Below, in pieces: positions 32,496 to 42,381 of a stretch of 64,000 bases of DNA. How positions within the stretch are numbered: position 1 is the stretch's first letter; the number at the start of each line of letters is the position of its first letter. The DNA lies in contig CAWFYH010000005.1 of the NCBI GenBank assembly GCA_963819985.1, forward strand, positions 531,710 to 595,709, read 5' to 3'. A program made the translations under genes and the position numbers. This stretch comes from an uncultured Actinomycetota bacterium. Its GTDB lineage: Bacteria; Actinomycetota; Actinomycetes; DATJPE01. The notes under the pieces are model-generated. The model searched no databases. It saw only the letters and a list, made by a program, of their open reading frames with translations, and was not told the origin of the DNA.

Positions 32496-34049
32496 TCAGC
32501 GGCGCTTTCGGGACGCCGTACCGAACAGTCCGCGGACGATCTCGCGTCCCAACGTCGCAGCCGCAGCAGTGGCGAAGATCTTGGCCGTCGAGCCGGCCGT
32601 CGACGAGGACTTTCGAGGCGCGGGCTTCGGGGACGGGTCAGCCTCGGCGGGCTTCTTGCCGGTGGCAGAGTCCTCCGCCGCCTGGGCAGCCGCGAGTCGA
32701 GCGGTCAGCTGCTCGTATGCGGAGTCTCGGTCGATCGGTGTGCCGTACTCCGCCCACAACGGCGACGCCGCGACCATGGCCGACATGGCGGCCGCCTCGC
32801 TCGGGGCCATCAGCGACTGCGGCGCCTGCAGCCGGGTCCACGCGACTGGAGTCGGCGCACCACGCTCTGACAGCACTGTGACCACCGCCTCTCCGATGCC
32901 GAGCTGCGTGAGCACTTCCTCCAGGTCGTAGGAGGAACGCGGGAAGGTCGACACCGTGGCACGCAAAGCCTTCGCATCATCCGGCGTAAACGCGCGCAGC
33001 GCGTGCTGAACCCGATTCCCCAGCTGGGCCAACACATCAGCGGGTACGTCCTTCGGCGTCTGCGTCACAAAGAAGACCCCGACACCCTTGGAGCGAATCA
33101 GCCGAACGGTCTGAGTCACCTGAGTGAGAAAGTCCTTCGACGCACCGGTGAACAGCAAGTGCGCCTCGTCGAAGAAGAAGACGAGCTTGGGCTTGTCGAT
33201 GTCGCCGACCTCGGGAAGGTCTTGGTAGAGATCGGCCAGCAGCCACATCAGGAACGTCGAAAACAGTGCCGGTCGATCCTGCACGGCCGGCAGCTCCAGC
33301 ACCGACATGAGCCCACGGCCATCCGCGGCCAGCCGCAGGAGCTTCGCTGTGTCGAGCTCCGGCTCTCCGAAGAAGACGTCAGCACCCTGGTCCTGGAACG
33401 CGATGAGCTCACGCAAGATCACCCCGGCAGTCGCCTTCGACAGTCCGCCGAGCCCGTCGAGCTCACCCTTGCCCTCGTCACTCACCAGGTGCGACACCAC
33501 CGCCCGCAGGTCCTTCAGGTCGAGCAACGGCAGACCCGCCTGGTCGGCATAGTGGAAGACCAGGCCCAGGCTCGACTCCTGCGTTGAGTTCAGGCCTAGG
33601 ACTCTCGAGAGCAGCACCGGCCCGAACGAGGTCATGCTCACCCGGATCGGGATCCCCGTACCCAGCCCACCAAGGCCATAGAACTCGACGGGGTACGCCG
33701 TCCCGACCCACGCCTGCCCTACCTCACCGGCACGTGCTGCCACGCGGTCGTTGGACACTCCGGCCGTCGCCAAGCCTGACAGGTCTCCCTTGATGTCGGC
33801 CAAGAAGACCGGAACCCCTTGCTCGGACAGCTGCTCGGCCAGCCGCTGCAGCGTCTTGGTCTTTCCGGTCCCGGTGGCGCCCGCAACCAACCCGTGCCGG
33901 TTGACCATGGCCAGCGGTATTCGGACCCGGGCCTCAGGCGCAGTCCCATGACCTGCATCGACGACGAGCGCGCCCATCTCCAGGGCGGGGCCATCGAAGG
34001 CGTATCCCTGGGTCACCGTCTGCACCACGTCTTCGGTCGGTTCAGCCAC
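32496..34049 (-). CDS. HerA-like ATPase (DUF853/YjgR)
   Basis: NRHGLVAGATGTGKT, FFFDEAHLLF, RSKGVG, QHALRAFTP. Confidence 0.92.
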   Translation of the reverse strand: MAEPTEDVVQTVTQGYAFDGPALEMGALVVDAGHGTAPEARVRIPLAMVNRHGLVAGATGTGKTKTLQRLAEQLSEQGVPVFLADIKGDLSGLATAGVSNDRVAARAGEVGQAWVGTAYPVEFYGLGGLGTGIPIRVSMTSFGPVLLSRVLGLNSTQESSLGLVFHYADQAGLPLLDLKDLRAVVSHLVSDEGKGELDGLGGLSKATAGVILRELIAFQDQGADVFFGEPELDTAKLLRLAADGRGLMSVLELPAVQDRPALFSTFLMWLLADLYQDLPEVGDIDKPKLVFFFDEAHLLFTGASKDFLTQVTQTVRLIRSKGVGVFFVTQTPKDVPADVLAQLGNRVQHALRAFTPDDAKALRATVSTFPRSSYDLEEVLTQLGIGEAVVTVLSERGAPTPVAWTRLQAPQSLMAPSEAAAMSAMVAASPLWAEYGTPIDRDSAYEQLTARLAAAQAAEDSATGKKPAEADPSPKPAPRKSSSTAGSTAKIFATAAAATLGREIVRGLFGTASRKRR

Positions 34050-34164
34050 CAACTTCTCCTTGATGTCGTTCCGCGATGCGCCGATCTCCGGGCACCAGCG
34101 TCCCTAGTGCGACCGCGCTACTTTACGACCGCTGCTCGTGGCAGACGTGAATACACTGGCGCGG

Positions 34165-34530
34165 GTGATCTTCCTGCGGGTCGGTGACAGCCGTCCCTAC
34201 CCCGAGCACGGGCTGTCTGCCCGTGACTGGGCTGCGGTGCCGCCGCGCCAGGTGCGCCTGGCCGAACTGATCACGACCCGCCGCGCGCTCGACCTCGAGA
34301 CGCTGCTGGCCTCCGATGCAACCATCTTCGGCGACCTGTTCTGCCATGTCGTGCGTTGGAACGATGAGCTCTATCTCGAGGACGGTTTGCACCGGGCAGT
34401 ACGCGCTGCGCTGCAGCAGCGTCAGGTGATCCACGCCCGCGTCCTGGATGTCGACGCCCTGCAGGGAGTCATCGCAGCGCCCAAGGAGTCGGCCACGTCG
34501 CAGCCGCGGGAGTCACCGAGCAACGCGTAG
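34165..34530 (+). CDS. Conserved actinobacterial small protein (often labelled VapB antitoxin; ParB/Srx-like motif)
   Basis: IFLRVGDSRPYPEHG, LYLEDGLHRAVRAAL; TACACT 7 nt before GTG. Confidence 0.8.
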   Translation: MIFLRVGDSRPYPEHGLSARDWAAVPPRQVRLAELITTRRALDLETLLASDATIFGDLFCHVVRWNDELYLEDGLHRAVRAALQQRQVIHARVLDVDALQGVIAAPKESATSQPRESPSNA

Positions 34531-34540
34531 ATTGTGGTGA

Positions 34541-35098
34541 ATGACCACGTTGCGGCCCACCGGTGGATCGGGGCGACACAGCGCCATGATCCCCGTTCTC
34601 GTGGTGGGGCTCCTCGCGCTCATCGTCGGCGGCGCCGTGGGGTGGTATCTGACCGGGCGGGGCGACGACCCCGCTACCACGGCTCCCCCGGCAGCGAGTT
34701 GCACTCCCTCTCCGGACGCCTCGGGCGGCTCACGAGCAGCCTCGACCAAGCCGCCGCCCAAGCCCTCTTCGATCACTGTGGACGTCTACAACTCCACGAC
34801 CCGGCAAGGACTCGCTGGCACCACCGCGGGCCAGCTCGAGAAGCGGGGCTTCGTCATCGGCGCCATCGCCAACGATCCATTGGGCAAAGCGCTGGCCGGC
34901 ACGGCTGAGATCCGCTACGGCCCGAAGGGCAAGTCACGGGCCATCGTGGTCGCCGCGCAGGTGCCAGACTCCAAGCTGGTCAATGACAAGCGCAAGAACA
35001 AGACCGTGGCGATGTCGCTGGGGAAGGCCTTCGAAGGCCTGGCCACCCCGGAGGAAGCGGCCGCGGCACTGTCACCCTCCCCCTCGCCCACCTGCTGA
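34541..35098 (+). CDS. LytR C-terminal domain protein
   Basis: TM helix, VDVYNSTTRQGLAG, GFVIGAIAND, IRYG. Confidence 0.85.
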   Translation: MTTLRPTGGSGRHSAMIPVLVVGLLALIVGGAVGWYLTGRGDDPATTAPPAASCTPSPDASGGSRAASTKPPPKPSSITVDVYNSTTRQGLAGTTAGQLEKRGFVIGAIANDPLGKALAGTAEIRYGPKGKSRAIVVAAQVPDSKLVNDKRKNKTVAMSLGKAFEGLATPEEAAAALSPSPSPTC

Positions 35099-35126
35099 CG
35101 GACGGCGGTCAGGTCCCGACCCACCC

Positions 35127-35912
35127 TCAGGCCAGATCCAGTGTCGCATTGCGACGGCTCTCCACCTCAAAGGCCTTGAGCATCACCAAGCCGATCGCGG
35201 CATAGACGATCCCGATGGTCGCCTCGTCGACTATGAGCGGAGTGACCTGCCCCCAGCTGGCTCCCGCCGCCAGGGCTCTGGCCGCCTCGATCGCGTGAGT
35301 AAGCGGGAGATAGCTGCCGATCGCCGCCATCCAACCGGGTAGGGCAGCCAACGCGACGTTGACACCGCAGAAGATCAACAGGATCCCCATGATGATGTTT
35401 GACAGGACGGCGGTCTCGCGCACCCGAAGCGCCAGGGCAGCCGCGGCAAGGCCGAGCCCGGTGCACGAGAACGACGCCACTGCCACCACGACCACGAGGA
35501 AAGGCAGCGAGCTGAGCGGCAAGGTGACCCGAAGCACCAGGGCACCTAGGGCGAGAGCCAATACCGAGCACAAGAAGCCGTTGAGGATCACCGGCATCGC
35601 CCGACCTAGGAAGAGCGGGATCCGCCGCGCCGGACTGACCATGAGCAGACCGAGGGTCTGGGCGTAGCGCTCGCCCCCGATGGTGTTGCCCATGGCGAAC
35701 AGGCACGGGATGGACGCGTACTGGATCGCGTTGCCGATCAGAAAGAACGAGTCGTCACCGACGCCTGCGTCTCGTCCAACAAGCGCGAAGAACAGGATCT
35801 GAAAGATCGGCTCGATGATGAAGGTTGGGATGAGGATCCACGGGCTGAGCCAACCGAACAGAGCCCGATAGCTCGTCCAGCCACCGAGAAAGAAGATTCG
35901 TACGGAAGTCAC
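35127..35912 (-). CDS. ABC-2 type transporter permease
   Basis: Multi-TM; ERYAQTL, YLPLTHAIEAAR. Confidence 0.88.
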   Translation of the reverse strand: MTSVRIFFLGGWTSYRALFGWLSPWILIPTFIIEPIFQILFFALVGRDAGVGDDSFFLIGNAIQYASIPCLFAMGNTIGGERYAQTLGLLMVSPARRIPLFLGRAMPVILNGFLCSVLALALGALVLRVTLPLSSLPFLVVVVAVASFSCTGLGLAAAALALRVRETAVLSNIIMGILLIFCGVNVALAALPGWMAAIGSYLPLTHAIEAARALAAGASWGQVTPLIVDEATIGIVYAAIGLVMLKAFEVESRRNATLDLA

Positions 35913-35921
35913 CAGATCACC

Positions 35922-36695
35922 TCAGGTCAGTGCCAACGTGGCTTCTCGGCGCGCCGAGTCCACCAGCCGCGCTGACAGCTTCGTACCGACAACTCCGTAC
36001 ACCATCGAAAGAAGTAGGCACACGCCCATGTCGAGCCAGGGCGACCCACCGAAGGCTGCGTCCTTGATGGCCGCGACACCCCAGGTTGGCGGCAAGACCC
36101 ACGAGATCGGCTGCACCCAGGCAGGCAGGGTGGCAACGGGGATCAGGAATCCACAGATCAACCACACCGGAAGCTCGAAGGCGGTGCCAAGGGCCCAAGC
36201 GCCTCGATAGCGAACCGCACTCACAGCGAGCAGGAAGCCCATGAGGCTGACCCCTATCGCTGTCACCACGGACGCGAGGACAAACACGAACGGATGCTCG
36301 AGCGAGATCGGAATGCCGAAGGCGAACCTCCCCCAGAGCAGAGTCGCCACCAGGCTGTAGAGCCCGATCGTCGCCATGGCCATCGTCATGGGCACGATCA
36401 ACAACGAGAACGGCGTCGGCGCGGCGACCAGGAGTTCCAGGGTGCCGAGACGCCGTTCCTGCTGCAACGAGGTCGAAGCCGTCGTGGCGACCGCCGACCA
36501 GACTCCGAGCACACTGGCTCCGACGGCCGCCCCGATCAGCGCCGACTCGTCGCCACCTTGTTGATACATCAGCAGAACCGTGGTCGCGAAGAACATCGGG
36601 TAGACGATCCCGAGGATGCCATCGAAGGCCGATCGGCTGCGCATCTTCAGCTGCAGCCACCAGCCGACGACCAGCAACCTGAGGCTGCCTCTCAT
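35922..36695 (-). CDS. ABC-2 type transporter permease
   Basis: ERRLGTLELL, LPAWVQPISWVLPPTWG. Confidence 0.88.
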   Translation of the reverse strand: MRGSLRLLVVGWWLQLKMRSRSAFDGILGIVYPMFFATTVLLMYQQGGDESALIGAAVGASVLGVWSAVATTASTSLQQERRLGTLELLVAAPTPFSLLIVPMTMAMATIGLYSLVATLLWGRFAFGIPISLEHPFVFVLASVVTAIGVSLMGFLLAVSAVRYRGAWALGTAFELPVWLICGFLIPVATLPAWVQPISWVLPPTWGVAAIKDAAFGGSPWLDMGVCLLLSMVYGVVGTKLSARLVDSARREATLALT

Positions 36696-37669
36696 CCAGC
36701 TACTGCACTTTCGACAAGCTCGACGTAGGCATCTTCGAGGGTGGGCTCACGGGTGGCCACCCGTCCCAGGGGGATACCGGTGAGGCACGCGAGTATCGCA
36801 GGAGTCACCTCGGCGCCCGGCTCGACGTGAACGACGAGCAGCTGCGCTTGACCACGTTCGTCCACCCCAACTCCGGTCACGCGAGGCAAGGCGCGAACCG
36901 CGTCGAGGGACTCCTCGGCGGACCCGAACACCTCGACCTCGACGACCTTTCCGGCTGCCACTCGAGACTTGAGTTCCGCCGGCGTTCCGTGCGCCACGAT
37001 GTCGCCACCAGAAATCACCGCGATCCGGTCACAGAGCTCGTCGGCCTCGAACATGTAGTGGGTTGTGAGCAGAACCGTGGTGCCGTTCTCCACCAGCGAT
37101 GCAACCGTCTGCCTCAGCTCTCTGGCACCAACGGGGTCGATGCCGATGCTCGGCTCGTCCAGGAAGAGCACCTCGGGTCGATGCAGCAGACCGCGTGCGA
37201 TGTGCAACCGCTGACGCATTCCGCGGGAGTAGCCCTCGACGCGTTCGCGCTCGCGCCCGTCGAGGTTCACCAGCTCGAGAAGCTCACCGATGCGGGCGGT
37301 CTGTTCGCGAGGCGGGACGCCGTACAGCTCGCAGAAGTAGCGGAGATTGTCGAGCCCGGACAGCCGCTCGTAGAGACCACGGTCGCCGCCGAAGACGTAG
37401 CCGACCCGACGTCGAACCTCGCGTGCATCGGCCACGACGTCGTAACCGAGCACCCGCGCCGACCCCCCGGTGGGCAGCAGCAGCGTGATCAGCATCTTGA
37501 TCGTCGTGGTCTTGCCCGCTCCGTTCGGACCGAGCAGGCCGAATAGTTCGCCACGCTCCACGCCGAAGCTGATGCCCTTGACCGCGTGGACCTCTCTAGT
37601 TGAACGACGCCGAATGCCCGTCTTCGCCCGGTAGCTACGCGCCAAGTCGTGAACCTCGATGACCGCCAT
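36692..37669 (-). CDS. ABC transporter ATP-binding protein (exporter type)
   Basis: GPNGAGKT, YSRGMRQR, LFLDEP. Confidence 0.92.
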   Translation of the reverse strand: MAVIEVHDLARSYRAKTGIRRRSTREVHAVKGISFGVERGELFGLLGPNGAGKTTTIKMLITLLLPTGGSARVLGYDVVADAREVRRRVGYVFGGDRGLYERLSGLDNLRYFCELYGVPPREQTARIGELLELVNLDGRERERVEGYSRGMRQRLHIARGLLHRPEVLFLDEPSIGIDPVGARELRQTVASLVENGTTVLLTTHYMFEADELCDRIAVISGGDIVAHGTPAELKSRVAAGKVVEVEVFGSAEESLDAVRALPRVTGVGVDERGQAQLLVVHVEPGAEVTPAILACLTGIPLGRVATREPTLEDAYVELVESAVAG

Positions 37670-37835
37670 GCGGGACCAGCCTTCCGTCGGATGTTCCGGA
37701 GGCTATCCGGCGCGCCCGACGGGGCCCCAACGAGTTTTGTCTGGACCCGATCGGGCCGGCCAGGACTAGCTGCACGTCCGTGTCCGTTAGCGAAGATTCC
37801 CCCGCGCACCGGCCTGGGGGAGACTGGGAGCCAAC

Positions 37836-39116
37836 ATGGACAGGCGCCCGCGACTCTGGGCCGCGTTTCTGACCGCCACGGCCTTCTCGGCCGCCGGGTT
37901 GACGGCTTGCGGCCAGGCGAGCCCGTCCGGCTCGGCGGCCGCACCCACACCGTCGGCCTCCGTCTCGGCGCCAGCGTCGCCCAGAGCCTCGTCGACGGCC
38001 CCGACCACGTCCACGTCGCCGACAACTTCGCCTTCGCCGGTGTCGCCCAGCTCGCCGGCAACCACAAGCGGCGTGAGCTGTCCCGAGCAGACCCTCGCCG
38101 ACCTGACGCTGCCGGCCAAGGTCGGCCAGCTGATCATGCTCGGCTTCGATTCCGGCGGGAGCAGCGCGGGTGCCATCCGGGCGGTGCGCAGACACCACCT
38201 CGGCGAAGTGACCATGACCGGGCGCAACTACTCCGGTGTCGAGGCCGTGCGCACCACCACCGACCGGCTGCAGGCTGCAGCGTCACTTCCCCTCTTCGTC
38301 GCGACCGACCAGGAAGGCGGACAGGTGCAGGTCCTTCACGGGCCAGGCTTCCCGGAGATGCCTTCGGCGAAGGAGCAGGGGCGGCTGCCCACCGGGGTGC
38401 TGGAACAGCGGGCGCAGCGATGGGGGACTGCCCTGAAGAAGGCAGGTATCAATCTCGACCTGGCGCCGGTATTGGCAGTGGTCCCCAAATCCTTGGGCGT
38501 CGAGAATCTGCCGCTCGGCCAGTACGACCGGCAGTACGGCTCGCTCGCTTCCCGGGTGACGACGCACGGCCTCGCCTTTGGGGCAGGACTCGAGGGTTCG
38601 GGCGTCGTTCCCGTGGTCAAGCACTTCCCTGGTCTCGGGTCAGTGCGCGCCAACACCGATGACACAGCCCATGTCACTGACACGACGACAGGGCCGAACA
38701 GCGACGCCATCAAGCCGTTCGCCGCTGCCGTTCGCGCGGGACTTCCCGTGATCATGATCTCCTCGGCGACGTACACCCGGATCGACGCAACGAACCCAGC
38801 CATGTTCTCGGCGCCGGTCATCACCGGCCTGCTTCGCGAGAAGCTCGGCTTTGACGGTGTGGTTCTCAGCGACGACATGGGAGCAGCCGCGTCCGCGGTG
38901 GCCTTCGGCACCGCGGCCCGGCGAGCCATTGCCTTCATCAGCGCCGGCGGGGACGTCATCCTCACCGTGAATCCAGCAGATGTCCCGATCATGATCCGCG
39001 CACTCGTTCGGCGCGCCAAGGACGAGCCGGCCTTCGCCGAACTCGTCGACGCGTCCGTCCTCCGGGTCCTTGTCGCTAAGAAGGCAGCAGCGGTCCTACA
39101 CTGCACCAAAGGCTGA
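37836..39116 (+). CDS. GH3 beta-N-acetylhexosaminidase-like lipoprotein
   Basis: Lipobox LTAC, DQEGGQV, KHFPG, SDD. Confidence 0.88.
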   Translation: MDRRPRLWAAFLTATAFSAAGLTACGQASPSGSAAAPTPSASVSAPASPRASSTAPTTSTSPTTSPSPVSPSSPATTSGVSCPEQTLADLTLPAKVGQLIMLGFDSGGSSAGAIRAVRRHHLGEVTMTGRNYSGVEAVRTTTDRLQAAASLPLFVATDQEGGQVQVLHGPGFPEMPSAKEQGRLPTGVLEQRAQRWGTALKKAGINLDLAPVLAVVPKSLGVENLPLGQYDRQYGSLASRVTTHGLAFGAGLEGSGVVPVVKHFPGLGSVRANTDDTAHVTDTTTGPNSDAIKPFAAAVRAGLPVIMISSATYTRIDATNPAMFSAPVITGLLREKLGFDGVVLSDDMGAAASAVAFGTAARRAIAFISAGGDVILTVNPADVPIMIRALVRRAKDEPAFAELVDASVLRVLVAKKAAAVLHCTKG

Positions 39117-39136
39117 GTCCCCTGCGTGAGTGCGGC

Positions 39137-39550
39137 TCAGCCGCATCTCACGCAGTGCGCAGCCTGCGGCCTTAGCTCCAGTCGTCCTGCAGGGATCGGA
39201 TCGAGGCAGGTGACGCACCAGCCGTACGAGCCATCGTCAAGCCGCTGAAGAGCTGCCTTCACCTCAGCCGCCGTCTGCTTGGCCGCCTCGAGGCGGTGCA
39301 TGGCAGCGAGGTAGGACGTCTCGGTGCTCGGCTCACGAACCAGGACTGGGCGCAGACTGTCCATCTCGGCGCGCAACTCACCGGTGAGCCCCATGGTGTC
39401 GCCAAGCAGTCGGTTCAGCTGTTCGCGGATGGCCTCCTTGTCGATCGAGACGGCCGTCGGAGCGTCCGGAGGAAGCTCCGGCTCCACCGACCAAGGGTTT
39501 CGGCTGGGGCGGCTGATCGAGCGGGTTGTTGCCTGGTCGACGGTTGACAT
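39137..39550 (-). CDS. TraR/DksA C4-type zinc finger protein
   Basis: ALQRLDDGSYGWCVTC..IPAGRLELRP..CVRC; AGGAG SD. Confidence 0.88.
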   Translation of the reverse strand: MSTVDQATTRSISRPSRNPWSVEPELPPDAPTAVSIDKEAIREQLNRLLGDTMGLTGELRAEMDSLRPVLVREPSTETSYLAAMHRLEAAKQTAAEVKAALQRLDDGSYGWCVTCLDPIPAGRLELRPQAAHCVRCG

Positions 39551-39609
39551 GAGCTTCTCCTACGGTCGATGGATGTGTGGGATGAGATGACGTTCGGTCG
39601 GACATCAGG

Positions 39610-39646
39610 AAAAAGAAAAAGCCCCAGCATCACGGGGATGCTGGGA
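39610..39646 (-). terminator. Intrinsic terminator (attenuator) in the dksA-like leader
   Basis: Minus strand CCCAGCATC-cccgt-GATGCTGGG then gcTTTTTCTTTTT. Confidence 0.85.
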
Positions 39647-39668
39647 CGCAGAAGGCGTCAAACCAGCA

Positions 39669-39764
39669 TCACGGCGGCATGCGCCCGGGGACCACGACCC
39701 CAGCGGTCATCGGACAGCGCGCAGACGCGACCGCCGATCGGACCGAACCACACAGGGTGAACAT
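39669..39764 (-). CDS. Putative leaderless leader peptide (31 aa, ends RMPP)
   Basis: TACCAT 6 nt before ATG 39764; MFTLCGSVRSAVASARCPMTAGVVVPGRMPP*; stop overlaps the antiterminator copy. Confidence 0.65.
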   Translation of the reverse strand: MFTLCGSVRSAVASARCPMTAGVVVPGRMPP

Positions 39765-39854
39765 GGCTTCATGGTAGGCCAGATGCAGCCGGGCCGCGTC
39801 GTCGTTTTGGGACGCACGCTGTTCCACTCCGAGCACCGAAGCTGCCCGACCGAA

Positions 39855-39878
39855 GAAAGTTAGGTCACCCTCACTTGG
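39855..39878 (+). promoter_or_regulatory. IdeR/DtxR-like iron box upstream of feoA
   Basis: GAAAGTTAGGTCACCCTCACTTGG holds two overlapping ~12-13/19 matches to TTAGGTTAGGCTAACCTAA. Confidence 0.6.
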
Positions 39879-39885
39879 CTCGCCT

Positions 39886-40155
39886 ATGCTGGTGCGGTGC
39901 TCGACCCTCAGACTCTGGCCGCAGTACCCGCGGGCGGGCGGGCGGGCAACGCTTGGCATACCCGACCTCGAGCCGGCCAGAGTGCGACGGTTGGCCGAGC
40001 TCGGGTTGCGGGCAGGAGCGGACGTCACCGTGGTGGCGCGCACAGCCGGTGGTGGAAGAGTCGTTGCCCTGGCCGATGACCGCATCGCGCTCGACCGGGA
40101 CACGGTGCGGTGCCTTCGCCTGGAAGACCCGTCCTCGCCCGAGGGTGCCGGATGA
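39886..40155 (+). CDS. feoA: Ferrous iron transport protein A
   Basis: RRLAELGLRAGADV, RIALDR; coupled to feoB by ATGA. Confidence 0.75.
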   Translation: MLVRCSTLRLWPQYPRAGGRATLGIPDLEPARVRRLAELGLRAGADVTVVARTAGGGRVVALADDRIALDRDTVRCLRLEDPSSPEGAG

Positions 40156-40940
40156 CCGAGTCCCCTCCGCCCAGTCGAGAATCCAGTACGGCTGGCGCCA
40201 CGCCTGTCATGTCAGTTCCTTCCTGCCACTCAGGGGGTGGTGGACGCACCGCGACCGCCGGTGTGCCAGTGGTGGCGCTAGCCGGCGCTCCCAACGTCGG
40301 AAAATCCACCCTCTTCAACGGACTGTGCGGCGCTCGGCGCGACGTCGGGAACTGGCCTGGCACAACAGTTGAGGTAGGTCGCGGCGCCTGGCACACCGGC
40401 CAGGCCGGTGAGGCGTCCGAAGTCGACCTGGTCGACCTGCCTGGTGCCTACAGCCTCGACCCGATGTCGCCGGACGAAGCGCTTACCCGAGCCCTGCTCG
40501 TGGAGCCCCCCATCGACGAGCGACCCGACCTCGTTGTCGCCATTGCGTCTGCTGTCCACCTGTCTCGGAGCCTCTACCTCGTGGCTCAGCTTCGCGAGCT
40601 GCCCCAACGCGTCGTCGTGGCTCTGACGATGAACGACGTCGCTGAGCGACGCGGGGTGACGGTGGACACAGCCGCACTCGCGGCCGGCCCCGGGGTCCCA
40701 GTCGTGGTCATCGACCCGCGCAAACGGTCTGGGGGCGAACTGCTGGCGGCACAGGTGGCCGCGGTTTTGTCCGAGCCGCCACCCGCCGCACGGCCAACAC
40801 CTGCCGAGGCTGACGACCTCGACCTTGCCGATGCGCGGTTTGCGTGGGTCACCGAGGCGGTCGAGGGAGCGACCACCCGCGACGCGGAGCGTCGCCGTAC
40901 CTTGTCGGACCGGGGCCGGTCCTCGTCGCGCTGTCGTTGA
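40152..40940 (+). pseudogene. feoB: Truncated FeoB (GTPase domain only)
   Basis: GAPNVGKSTLFN, VGNWPGTTVE, DLPGAYSL; ends after RRTLSDR before any TM domain. Confidence 0.85.
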
Positions 40941-40987
40941 TCCCTGTGGGTAGGCCCAGCTAACCGGCCCCAAGCTGCTCCGACCCG

Positions 40988-42328
40988 CTATCTCCTAGAA
41001 GGTCGTTCGGCCAGCGAACCCATCGGATCCCAGGCCGGTAGAACGATCGGCTCGTCGTCCAGCGCCGCAACCAGTTCGGCGGGCAACCGGTCCTTGCGTG
41101 CGGCCACTTCAAAAACGTACTCATCGAACCACGAGTCGTTCATCGTGTAGAAACCTTTGACGCCGTTGTCGTCGCCCCAGCTGTTCTCTACCCGCCAACG
41201 GCGAGGGGACTCGCCGTCGAGGTCGACACCGGTGAACAGCATCGCGTGGGTCATCTGCGTCTCGTGGTAGTCGAGGCGAGCGGCCTTGTCGAGGCCGAAC
41301 GTGGCATCGTAGACCGAGCCGTAGTCGAACAGGTTCGCGTCCCAGATTCCCAGGTCGCGGCGCATCTGCGGGCTGACGTCACACCCGAACCAAACGGGCT
41401 CCCCCTCGGCGATGGCGCCGATGACGGCCGTCTTCAGGACGCCTGCATCGACATTGAGATACGTCACTCGCTCGCCGCCGACGATGTTGCCCAGGAAGTC
41501 GACGGTGAACGTACGGCCCCGTGGGCTGGACGGCCGCGGGTCGTCCACCAGGCAGACGTAGTCGTCAAGGTCGATGGTGACGTACTTGGCGGCGAACTCG
41601 CGCGGTGTCAGCTCGCCATCGCGATGAAACTGCTTGTCCTTGTCGGTCCACTGCCAGACAAAGCTCTCGGGTGGCGTCCCCAGGTGGATGGACAGGATGC
41701 GGTAGCACGTGGCCAGCACGTCGCTCCTGATGGCGGCCTCAGCTGCCGTGTCGCTCGCCTCGCGCAGCGCTTTCGCGCCCTGCCGAAGGATGGAGCACAG
41801 CGCAGAGTTCATCTGGTGCGTCGACGACGACGACTCGGTCTCCGGCATGGCGTTCTTGGGCACGAGCCCGTGCTTGCGCACCAACGCGACGAACATGTTC
41901 CACTGACCGCCGTCGCCCATGACTTCGTCATGCAAGAAGGCCACCGTCCGGTCGTCTGCTTCTCGATCCTTGGTGGCGAGGATCGCCTCCAAGTAGTAGT
42001 TGACGCGCTCCAACTTGTCGAAGAAGAGCACGTGGTTCTGCGAGAACTCGAACTCGGTGGTGTTGAGCTTCTTCATGGCGCCGGCGCGCAGCAGGTTGAG
42101 TCCGGCGAACATCCAGCAGCGGCCGCTCTTCTTCTGGTTCGTGACCGCCCAGTCATCGAGCTGGTGGGACATCGTGTGATCGACTCGGGTGACGATCTCG
42201 CGGTCGAGCGCGATGTCCTCCACGCTTGTCTGGGTGACGGCGTTCTGCACGATCCGATAGGTCGGGTTGCTCGCAAACTCTTTGCGGAGCGCTTCGAGGT
42301 CCGCGCTGGTGATGGTCTGCTCGGGCAT
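40988..42328 (-). CDS. pepC: C1B cysteine aminopeptidase (PepC/bleomycin hydrolase)
   Basis: NQKKSGRCWMFA, MTHAM, VENSWG, AWDPMGSLA. Confidence 0.93.
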   Translation of the reverse strand: MPEQTITSADLEALRKEFASNPTYRIVQNAVTQTSVEDIALDREIVTRVDHTMSHQLDDWAVTNQKKSGRCWMFAGLNLLRAGAMKKLNTTEFEFSQNHVLFFDKLERVNYYLEAILATKDREADDRTVAFLHDEVMGDGGQWNMFVALVRKHGLVPKNAMPETESSSSTHQMNSALCSILRQGAKALREASDTAAEAAIRSDVLATCYRILSIHLGTPPESFVWQWTDKDKQFHRDGELTPREFAAKYVTIDLDDYVCLVDDPRPSSPRGRTFTVDFLGNIVGGERVTYLNVDAGVLKTAVIGAIAEGEPVWFGCDVSPQMRRDLGIWDANLFDYGSVYDATFGLDKAARLDYHETQMTHAMLFTGVDLDGESPRRWRVENSWGDDNGVKGFYTMNDSWFDEYVFEVAARKDRLPAELVAALDDEPIVLPAWDPMGSLAERPSRR

Positions 42329-42381
42329 GGTTTGCCACCGCTTCCGATCCGGGTTCATGGGTCTCCTCACTATAGGTTCGG

